Shown here piece by piece: positions 53,423 to 64,000 of a stretch of 64,000 nt of DNA. The DNA is taken from the NCBI GenBank assembly GCA_951406725.2, contig OX597838.1, positions 12,276,001-12,340,000 of the forward strand, written 5' to 3'. The stretch's first letter is position 1; each line of letters begins with the position of its first letter. A model generated the notes under the pieces. That model saw nothing but the letters and a program-made list of their open reading frames with translations. It had not been told where the DNA came from and ran no database searches. The position numbers and the translations under genes are program-made. This DNA is from Octopus vulgaris. Its lineage: Eukaryota.

Positions 53423-53804
53423 ATAGTGATGAAATGCCAAGTATAAAAAAATGCGAAGGAACTCATCAGACAACTCAACAGATAAGGTGGACAGACAGAC
53501 AGATTGAAACAAAAACAAAAATATTGGCTTCAAATTTTGGGACAAAACCTGCAATTTCAGGAGAGGGGTAAGTCGATTACACTGTCCCCATTGTTCAATT
53601 GGTACATTATCGATCCCTAAAGAATGAAAAGAAAAATAGACCTCGGCGGAATTTGAACTCAGAATGTAAAGAAAGAGGGGAAATGCCGCTTAGCATTCTG
53701 CCAACTTGCTGCCTTTAAAAAGTAATAATTACAAGAACATTGAAGCTTCCAACGTCTACAGTGAAGTAAAGAATAAATATATAAACAAATTTCGTCATAT
53801 TATT

Positions 53805-54250
53805 GCTAAAGAAGGTTTACACACCAGAACAAGTGTACAACGTTATGGCGATACGATTACGCAGTTTAACCCCGCTTAGGGACTCACTGAGTGCCCTAAA
53901 TCGAAAGGTTACAACGCTTATGAAACAGGGCATTCTGCAAGAGTATACTTGGACTTTTATTTCCAGTGAAGAAAAATCAACGCCAGACTTTTAAAGCTTG
54001 CGAAAGTACTGCGATTTGTTTTGAAGGAGGAAATTATGCCGCTAATATGAAATTAGGGCCCCTATATGTATATCAAGCCGAAAACACAAACTCGGATTTG
54101 GCGTCAAATAAGAAAACTTGAAGGAATCTTTTTCAAGACTAGTCTACAAGCTTCTTTTAACCCTGATGTAGAAAGGTGCAACAGCAGCATAGTATTTCCA
54201 ACAAAACATTGCTCGATGCCATCTAATGAAATGCATCTTGTTCGAGCCAA
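53805..54250 (+). pseudogene. Tigger/pogo-like transposase relic
   Basis: Fragments YTPEQVYN, TFISSEEKSTPDF and GGNYAANMKLGPLYVYQAEN resemble DDE_1 (Tigger) motifs; broken by stops and frameshifts. Confidence 0.65.
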
Positions 54251-54366
54251 TGGAACAGAGGGCTGTTGACCTGAGCAGGTACCACGCCTTGGCCTGTGAC
54301 TCCTTAGGAAGCCTTACTCGGAGTCTTTCACCTACCGTTGCAATATTAACACCATCCGGTGTTAAA

Positions 54367-54596
54367 GGCGGCGAGTTGGCAGAAACGTTAGCACGCCGGG
54401 CGAAATGCGTAACCGTATTTCGTCTGCCGCAACGTTCTGAGTTCAAATTCCGCCGAGGTCGACTTTGCCTTTCATCCTTTCGGGGTCGATAAATTAAGTA
54501 CCAGTTACATACTGGGGTCGATGTAATCGACTTAATTTGTTTGTCTGTCCTTGTTTGTCCCCTCTATGTTTAGCCCCTAGTGGGTAATAAAGAAAC
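54367..54596 (+). mobile_element. SINE family B
   Basis: Full-length match. Confidence 0.88.
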
Positions 54597-54860
54597 AAAT
54601 ATTAACACCATCCTTTCACTTGGTTTAATCCACCAGCGGAAGTGGGGTACCGGGGTGTAGCGCTAGGAGCCATAGGGAGAGATTAGGAAATGAATGAGGA
54701 CCAGTGCGGCCTGTTCACCTGACCATTCCTCTCAAGGTGTAGCTGCCAGACACCTGCACTCCATATTTAAAACAACACATAAAAACAATTAATGAAGAGG
54801 ATAACCAAACAGTGAGGGACTTCTGAAATAAGTTCAGCATAATGGATGTTGTAGGTAAGT

Positions 54861-55234
54861 GGATGGAAGCACTCCGTCGGTTACGACGACGAGGGTTCCG
54901 GTTGATCCGAATCAACGGAACAGCCTGCTCGTGAAATTAACGTGTAAGTGGCTGAGCACTCCACAGACACGTGTACCCTTAATGTAGTTCTCGGGGATAT
55001 TCAGCGTGACACAGAGAGTGACAAGGCCGGCCCTTTGAAATACAGGTACAACAGAAACAGGAAGTAAGAGTGAGAGAAAGTTGTGGTGAAAGAGTACAGC
55101 AGGGATCACCACCATCCCCTGCTGGAGCCTCGTGGAGCTTTAGGTGTTTTCGCTCAATAAACACTCACAACGCCCGGTCTGGGAATCGAAACCGCGAGTC
55201 CGCTGCCCTAACCACTGGGCCATTGTGCCTCCAC
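54861..55234 (-). mobile_element. SINE family C, tail type 3, with an 11-bp TSD
   Basis: TSD tgtaggtaagt at 54850-54860 and 55235-55245. Confidence 0.9.
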
Positions 55235-55590
55235 TGTAGGTAAGTAACATTGCTGAAACACGGAATGGAAGGAAATTCTCGGTAATGAATAGTGTCTGGG
55301 AAAATATGTGACCACAATGCATCCGTTGACTGGAAAGAATATTGTAGTAACCGGGTCGGCACTGAAAGGTTTGCAGGGCTTCTCTTGCAAACGATCCTCA
55401 CCATCATCGTAACATAAATATTACAAGAATTCACAAGTTTAGTTCCTACGCAATTCTGCAGGTCAGAAGATCATGTCTCACTCTACCTTGGAAGTTACTA
55501 GGAAGTAACCATAGAATAACACAACTCAAAGGATTTTTGTTCAATGTTTATTATTGAGCTCTGAGTTTAAAACTGGTTTAAAACTATCTG

Positions 55591-55816
55591 ATTCTTTATT
55601 GCCCACAAGGGGCTAAACATAGAGGGGACAAACAAGGACAGACAAACGGATTAAGTCGATTACATCGACCCCAGTGCGTAACTGGTACTTAATTTATCGA
55701 CCCCGAAAGGATGAAAGGCAAAGTCGACCTCGGCGGAATTTGAACTCAGAACGCAACGACAGACGCAATACTGCTAAGCATTTCGCCCGGTGTGCTAACG
55801 TTTCTGCCAGCTCGCC
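55591..55816 (-). mobile_element. SINE family B
   Basis: Full-length match. Confidence 0.88.
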
Positions 55817-55832
55817 AACTATCGCTAACAGT

Positions 55833-56402
55833 TTAAGCCCTTTAGTATTTAAGGTTATATCCATCTAGAATATTCTGCTTGTTTGTGTTCAAACCAAGCA
55901 GATCCGGCCTCTCACACCAACCCTGCAATTTCCTTCTAAAAATAAACAGTCGCATCTACGAAATTTTGCAGCTAAGAGGTAATGGAAGCACTCTGTCGGT
56001 TACGACGACGAGGGTTCCGGTTGATCCGAATCAACGGAACAGCCTGCTCGTGAAATTAACGTGTAAGTGGCTGAGCACTCCACAGACACGTGTACCCTTA
56101 ACGTAGTTCTCGGGGATATTCAGCGTGACACAGAGAGTGACAAGGCCGGCCCTTTGAAATACAGGTACAACAGAAACAGGAAGTAAGAGTGAGAGAAAGT
56201 TGTGGTGAAAGAGTACAGCAGGGATCACCACCATCCCCTGCCGGAGCCTCGTGGAGCTTTTAGGTGTTTTCGCTCAATAAACACTCACAACGCCCGGTCT
56301 GGGAATCGAAACCGCGATCCTATGACCGCGAGTCCGCTGCCCTAACCACTGGGCCATTGCGCCTCCACATTTGACAGAATAATCTGAACGTTAAAGGGTT
56401 AA
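55833..56402. mobile_element. piggyBac-like MITE (TTAA-flanked) carrying a nested SINE C
   Basis: Ends ttaa(g)cccttta... and ...taaagggttaa. Confidence 0.5.
55983..56368 (-). mobile_element. SINE family C, tail type 3, nested in a piggyBac-like MITE
   Basis: Near-identical to the copy at 44659-45050. Confidence 0.9.
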
Positions 56403-56999
56403 ACTCAAAATACATCGTGGACCCACCACTTTTTAGGCTTCTGGGTTACATAGGATTACTATCACGTTCCCCCATTTGTTTAGCTCGGCTTCAAATCTTA
56501 AACGAGCAGTCCATGATCAACGTCATTCCTGCCATGACTCACTCCACTCACCTGTTTAGAGACATATCCTTTCCGTATTTAAGGCGTCAAAGTATCAAAT
56601 GAGGCTGATTTAGTTGTTATTTTTAGCACGTCCAAAGACCATTATGTGTGCGCAGTGCAGTGGTAACAGGAGTTTAATATGACAACATACACAATCATTG
56701 CTCTTTACACCAAAGACCTCTCTCTCTCTCGCTTTCTCTCTCTCGCCATAATTTTTTTAGCTTACCTTCTGGGTCATCTCTCAATCTCTCTATCATTCTC
56801 ACCACCACCCTCTTCTCTCTCTCTCTTAACATCGTATCTCTCTTCCTTTCCCTCTCTCTCTTATCTCTCTTTTACTCCGACTCCATTACCAACTTCCCCT
56901 CAACCTTCTCCTCTTCTCATCTAACCTTTTTTATTATTTCATTCATAAATCCACTGCAGACAGGATGGCGTGATGTTCATGCTTTAACAAATTAACTAA

Positions 57000-57965
57000 T
57001 TTCCCCCTCTTTCACACACTTCTAATCTCTTTAATTCTTTCTCTCTCTCTCCCTCTCTCTCTCTCCCTCTCTCCCTTCCTCCTACCCATTTCTCTCTCTT
57101 CCTCTCTATCTCTGTATCTATCTATCTTTTTGCTTTCTTCCTATCTCACTCACACATCTCATACATTCTCTTTCTTTCTTTCTTTCTCACTTTTTCCCTC
57201 TTCTTGTTTTCACTCATTATCAATTTGTCTCACTCTTTCTCTCTCTTACTTTCTTTTTCTCTCTCTCTCTCTCCTCTTTTACTATCTCTATATCTAAATT
57301 ACTTGCCCTCCCATTCTAATCCTCTCCTTTTGTCTTCGTCTTTCGCTGTCCCTCCTCTTCCCTTCACTCTCACGCTTTCTCATCATTTCTCTCTCACTCT
57401 CCTCTCTTTTCTTACTTTTCTATCTGCCTTCCTCTCTCTTTCTCTTTTCTTCTCTTTTTTTGTCCCTCTTTCCTTCTCTTCTCTTTCTTCTCCTCCCTTA
57501 GTTTCTCCTTCTTTTTCTCTTTCTCTCCCTGTCTCCCACTGTCACTCATTCTCTCTCTCTTTTCCTCTCTTTCCCTCTCTCCCTCTCTCTTTCTGTATCC
57601 TCCAATTTTCTCTCTCTATCTATCTAATATTCTTTTCTCTTATCTCCCTTCTCTCCCTCACCCTCTCTCTCTCTCTCTCTCTTTCCCCTCTTTCCTTCTC
57701 TCCTTCTCTCTTTCTGTCTCCTCCAATTTTCTCTCTCTCTCTCTGTCACGCATTATTTTTCCCATCTCCCTTCTCTCCCTCACCCTCTCTCTCTCTCTCT
57801 GTCACGCATTATTTTTTCCCAACTCCCTTCTCTCCCTCACCCTCTCTCTCTCTCATATTCTCCTACTTTCCTATCTCCCTTCTCTTCCTCCCTCCCTCTC
57901 TCGCTCACTCTCTCGATTGCTCACTCTCTGCCCACCCACCCACCACACTTCTTCTCCCTCTACCT
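57000..57965. repeat. CT-rich polypyrimidine tract
   Basis: Direct reading. Confidence 0.9.
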
Positions 57966-58437
57966 CATTCATATCATATATGTCGTCGCCGTCGTCGTGG
58001 TCGTCTGCAAAATTTTCACTGAATCAATAAAACAGACGACACATCCTATGGCGCATCTTTTAGTAAACAAGAAATATATAGCAATTTAATGTCTGGAACA
58101 TTATTTCATATCCTTTCTTTACCTGTCATTTTTGTTTCTACTATTGTTCATCAGCAAATTTAAAACGGCCAAATTAGATGCTTAATCCAATTTCCACTGG
58201 CATACTCCTATTCTCATCATTTCGGGGCTTTCATATGTGTGTGTCTGTGTGTGTGTGTGTGTGGATGTGTCTGTGTGTGCATGGGATTGTGTGCGCGCGT
58301 GCGTCTGCATGTGTGTGTATGTGTGTGTTTGCACGCGCATGTGTGTGTATGAATATGCGCATGCACGCATCGCATATATGTATGTATGCATATGCAAATG
58401 TGTATGTATGTATGTATGTATGTATGTATGTATGTAC

Positions 58438-58468
<31 letters not shown>

Positions 58469-58565
58469 TAAATTCATACATACATATATGCATACATACA
58501 TATATATATCTATCTATCTATATGTACACATACATACATACATACATATATATATATATACATAT

Positions 58566-58597
<32 letters not shown>

Positions 58598-58629
58598 ATA
58601 TATATAGATATATATGTATATGTATATGT

Positions 58630-58690
<61 letters not shown>

Positions 58691-58833
58691 GCAAATTTAC
58701 ACATGCATTTCTCACACAGACACATACATGTATGAATGCGTAAGTGTATGCATAAACTACTGATCTCCATATCCAGATATATACCAACTAATATGCATTT
58801 ATATAGATAGATAGATAGATATGCATGTATATA

Positions 58834-58899
<66 letters not shown>

Positions 58900-58918
58900 C
58901 ATATACATATATACATAT

Positions 58919-59004
<86 letters not shown>

Positions 59005-59062
59005 ATCTATGTATGTATATATGTACATATATATATTTAAATATATATAAATATATCCTTTC

Positions 59063-59122
<60 letters not shown>

Positions 59123-59336
59123 ATGTTTGTATGTGTGTGTATGCACGTATCTGTGTGTCTGTGAATATATACGACTTTTTGCGCTATACACCCACCTTTC
59201 ATCTATTTCTCTTCTTTCGTTCGATCTCTCCATCAAACTTATCAATCAACTTTATTCACCACCACCCCCAACACCGACCATTCTACACATGTAGGAATGG
59301 TATGATGATGATGATGATGATGACGATGACGATGAC

Positions 59337-59392
<56 letters not shown>

Positions 59393-60023
59393 CGATGACG
59401 ATGATGACAACACCAACGAATGTAGTGGGGTGATACTGATGGTGATTGTGGCGATGAAGATGGTGGAGGTGATGGCATGTTCACCTGAGAGACCTGACAA
59501 TAACACTTTATTAGCTTCTAGTTTTATTTCATCAAACTTCGGTAGGATAAAAAGCCCAAGTCACCAACAGCGGGCCCAACCATGTGGTCTTAGGTTCAGT
59601 TCCACTATGCGGTACCTCGAGCAAATGTTTTCTACTATAGCCTCTGGCCCACTCAGTGCCTTGTGAGAAGGTTTTGTAGATAGAAACCTGAAAGAAGGCG
59701 GTCGTATAAATACCTACATACACACAAGTACACATACAGATGCACACACACACACACACACACACCTACACACACACACAAACACACATGCACCCACACA
59801 CGCACCCACAGACAGGCACGTAAGATTATGTTATTGTGCTTGTAAGTATGTACGTATGTATCTGTGTATGTACGTACGTACGTATGTATGTTCATACGAA
59901 TGTAGGTACATATATGTATGTACGTACGTATATATGTACGTACGTACGTACGTATGTATGTACGTACGTACGTACGTACGTATGTATGTTCGTATGTATG
60001 TACGCGCGCACGTATGTACGTAC

Positions 60024-60252
60024 GGCGTGCTGGTAGAAACGTTAGCACGCCGGGCGAAATGTTTAGCGGTATTTCGTCTGCCGCTACGTTGTGAGTTCAA
60101 ATTCCGCCGAGGTCGACTTTGCCTTTCATCCTTTCGGGGTCGATTAAATAAGTACGAGTTTCGCACTGGGGTCGATATAATCGACTTTATACCTATGTCT
60201 GTCCTTGTTGTCCCTTCTATGTTTTTATCCCCTTGTGGGTAATAAAGAAATA
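60024..60252 (+). mobile_element. SINE family B
   Basis: Near full-length match. Confidence 0.85.
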
Positions 60253-60832
60253 GGTATATACGTATGTATATATGTATTTATCTATGTATGTATCATTTTC
60301 TTGTGTATGACATAAAACTGCATCTGGTGGTGAGGATCCAGTCCGGAAGTTCTAGAGTTGTGGGAAGCGTGGAGTTAGCCCTTAATTACCATTGCTTTCA
60401 GGTCCGTTCTGACCCGAAACAGCTGTCAAGATTCCATCTATGGGTTAAATGGATTCCCCGTTGGGCGGGGAAGGCTCCGTTATTTTCGACAAAACCGTGG
60501 GTAAGACAGCTCTGCACGGAGAAAGACACTCTGTTATAAAATTTACCGTCAAAATAATATTAGTCATCTTGCAAAGGTTGTCTCTGGAACGTACTATGGC
60601 GAGCAAGAGTGTGGCAAACGTGTTGTAGAAGCTTTTGTCACTTAAATCCAATGACACACAGATGTCTTAATTGATCCGTTCTGGATTAGAAATGTCTTAT
60701 GGTGGTGGATGTATGGCGGGCCTGAAAAGTCATATCCGCGCCCAGGTAAGGATGAAAGCAAATCGGGCTGAATGCGAGACGGTTACTATCTGACAAGATG
60801 AGGTAATCATCACATATATATACATATATACA

Positions 60833-60994
60833 GGCGCAGGAGTGGCTGTGTGGTAAGTAGCTTGTTTACCAACCACATGGTTCCGGGTTCAGTCCCACTG
60901 CGCGGCACCTTGGACAAGTGTCTTCTACTATAGCCTCGGGCCGACCAAAGCCATGTGAGTGGATTTGGTAGACGGAAACTGAAAGAAGCCCGTC

Positions 60995-61040
<46 letters not shown>

Positions 61041-61285
61041 AGATATATATATATGCGTGTGTGTGTTTGTGTGTCTGTGTTTGTCCCCCTAGCATTGCTT
61101 GACAACCGATGCTGGTGTGTTTACGTCCCCGTTACTTAGCGGTTCGGCAAAAGAGACCGATAGAATAAGTACTGGGCTTACAAAAAGAATAAGTCCCGGG
61201 GTCGAGTTGCTCGATTAAAGGCGGTGCTCCAGCATGGCCGCAGTCAAATGACTGAAACAAGTAAAAGAGTAAAAGAGTAAAGAGT
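60833..61285 (+). mobile_element. SINE family A
   Basis: Full-length match. Confidence 0.88.
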
Positions 61286-61813
61286 ATATATATGCATGAA
61301 TGTATGTAGGTATGTGTGTGCGTATGTGTGTATGCATGCACACGCATTATATACAGGTATCGCTATGCATTTGTCTCCGTGTAACAACAACACATGCAAC
61401 TTAATGGTTTTCCTTCGCTTTTCCCCTGTAACAATACACTTAAGAACGTTTAAAGCAATGAAAGCGAGCGTGTGAGATTGAATAGCTGCATAGTCAGCCA
61501 ACCAACCCGCTCAGCCAGCCAGCCAGCCAACCAGCAAGTCAACCAGTCAACCAGTCGACCAGCCAGCCAACAAGCCAGTCCGGCCAAGGAATACGACACG
61601 GGGACGCGGACACAACAGACACATGGTACATATACACATACATACATACATACATACATACATACATACATACATACATACATACACACAGATATACACC
61701 ACAAATCTAATCAATTTCAAACGCATGTGTACACGTACACACACATGCGCGTACACACATGCGAAAACACCCTCGTATGTGCGTGTATGTGTGCGAATAT
61801 ATGTGTGTGTGTG

Positions 61814-61869
<56 letters not shown>

Positions 61870-61873
61870 TGTA

Positions 61874-61905
<32 letters not shown>

Positions 61906-61919
61906 GATATATATATGTC

Positions 61920-61978
<59 letters not shown>

Positions 61979-62107
61979 ATATGTATGTCTGTATACATAC
62001 AAAGATATATATATATATGTACGTATGTAAGTATGTATACACACAGATATATATATATATATATTATGTTGCAAAGCTAAACATGTTCACACACACACAC
62101 TCTCACT

Positions 62108-62190
<83 letters not shown>

Positions 62191-62382
62191 GCACCAAACA
62201 TACGCGCAATAATATCCCCAGCATTTCTTTGATATCACAGTTCTCACAGTCATTATATTTGCCTCTCTGCTATTATCGAAAAATCACAATTTAATATTAA
62301 CCTTTTCTGATTTTTTTTTTCCCCCGTCGTATTTACTCCTTTTAGGAGATTTCCAGACCAACCTATAAAGATTTCCTTTCAG

Positions 62383-62425
62383 GCCGCCATCTTTTGAAAT
62401 CAGGTTGAGCTCCAGTGCGCATGTC
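62383..62425 (-). promoter_or_regulatory. Candidate promoter motifs (YY1 consensus and NRF1-like)
   Basis: GCCGCCATCTT at 62383-62393 and TGCGCATG at 62416-62423, in non-repetitive DNA. Confidence 0.3.
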
Positions 62426-63075
62426 TGCCATCCGAAACTAAAAAATCGTTATTCATAAGTAGTACACGATACGGATGGATGTAAGATTTTCCTACATGGT
62501 CGCATGAAAAGGATGATTTACCAGAAATAATTGATACAATAGACAAGCGTAGGATGGTTGCAAGGCATGACTATGTGGTAAAGAAGTTTGATTCCAAATT
62601 ACCTGTTTTAGAGTTCGCGCCTACTGAATGCTACCTTAAACAAGTGTGTCTTCTACGGTAACTTGATTCATGAAAATTATGTGGAATGGAAGTTAATGTT
62701 GTTTGACCAATGAAGTATGACCAATGAGTATGAAATGTAGATTTTCTCTGGTGACCTAGTGGTTATGGTGTTGCGCTCGTGATAACCAGATCGTGGTTCG
62801 ATTCCCAGACCGAGTGTTGAGCTCTGTTCTTGAGCAAAACACTTCATTTCACGTTGCTCTAGTGCTGTGTGGGAACCAGCATGTCAAAAAATTAGACCCA
62901 GCATTTCCTCTGCGACTAAGAGAAGTTGAGGTAGGATTGGAACTCTGACCTCGTAAGCCCTCATCAGCAATGACTACCCAAACAGACCCATGGGTTCAAG
63001 GGTTGTCACCACCAAGAGGAGGGAATCGCCAACAAATGGCGGTTGCAGAGATGCGCCGTTACAGCGCATGCCACC

Positions 63076-63124
<49 letters not shown>

Positions 63125-63164
63125 CACTACTACTTCTACAACTACTACTACTACTACCACCACC

Positions 63165-63205
<41 letters not shown>

Positions 63206-63251
63206 CACTACTACTTCTACTACTACTACTATTACTACTACTACTACCACC

Positions 63252-63283
<32 letters not shown>

Positions 63284-63337
63284 CACTACTACTTCTACTA
63301 CTACTATTATTACTACTACTACTACCACCACCACCAA

Positions 63338-63400
<63 letters not shown>

Positions 63401-63466
63401 CATCACCACCACCACCACCACTACTACTACTACTACAACCACCACCACTACTACTACTACTACTAC
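63076..63466. repeat. (TAC)n/(CAC)n microsatellite
   Basis: Direct reading. Confidence 0.95.
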
Positions 63467-64000
63467 ACATACGCACACATATATATCTTTTATCTTTTAC
63501 TTGTTTCAGTCATTGGAATTCGGCCATGTTGGGTATAGGTCGAACGAATCGAGTCCAGTACTTATCATTTTTTAACCCTGGTACAACCATAAAACAATAC
63601 GATGATGAAAATATTTTTCGCATTAATTCAAACAACAGCAGAAAGAACCTAACGAATTTATTTGGCATAGCAATACAAAGATGGCGAATTCTTTACAACA
63701 GGCAACGCATTGTTGCTTTCGTCAAAATCTGGTAGAACGCACAGCCAGACGGCTTCTCGCAAACTACACTGAAGCTAAAACGTAATATTAACAAAAACGC
63801 AACTAGCTTATAAACTTCAAAACTTTATTTGCTTTTGCTGCAGATTAGAATAGCCTTTTGGTTAATTAGTTCTTTCGCTAATAATCCATTTTATGAGGTG
63901 CCAACACCTTCTTTCTTTCTTCCCCTCGCTCTCCTCTCCTTCTTACTGCTGATAATTGTTTCTTTATTCTTCGTCCTCTCGCTTTCCAACCAACCCCCAT

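Overview
This is an animal genomic window with no recognisable host protein-coding gene. Octopus or another cephalopod is inferred from the very dense microsatellites and the tRNA-derived SINE families. Almost all ORFs in the supplied track are microsatellite or antisense artefacts. The main element is a full-length 5.4 kb L1/Tx1-type non-LTR retrotransposon (28797-34232, minus strand) with a zinc-knuckle ORF1 and an APE-RT-zinc-finger ORF2. It sits inside the tRNA-like head of a SINE (family A) and is bounded by a 16-bp target-site duplication (TSD). Its 3' end shares a 26-nt identical block, a short hairpin and the terminal GAAATA with a second, abundant SINE (family B), which suggests a Tx1-like LINE/SINE partner pair. 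The window also holds about ten minimal type I hammerhead-ribozyme-like motifs in short elements next to (TA)n, some as inverted repeats, plus a decayed Penelope-like (probably Naiad) retroelement that could be related to them. Further features are modular SINEs with swapped tails, RTE, Tigger and mariner relics, MITEs, a 52-bp minisatellite, a CpG-rich island and a double-CRE palindrome. SINE labels A-E are mine. All calls were made by eye, without database searches.
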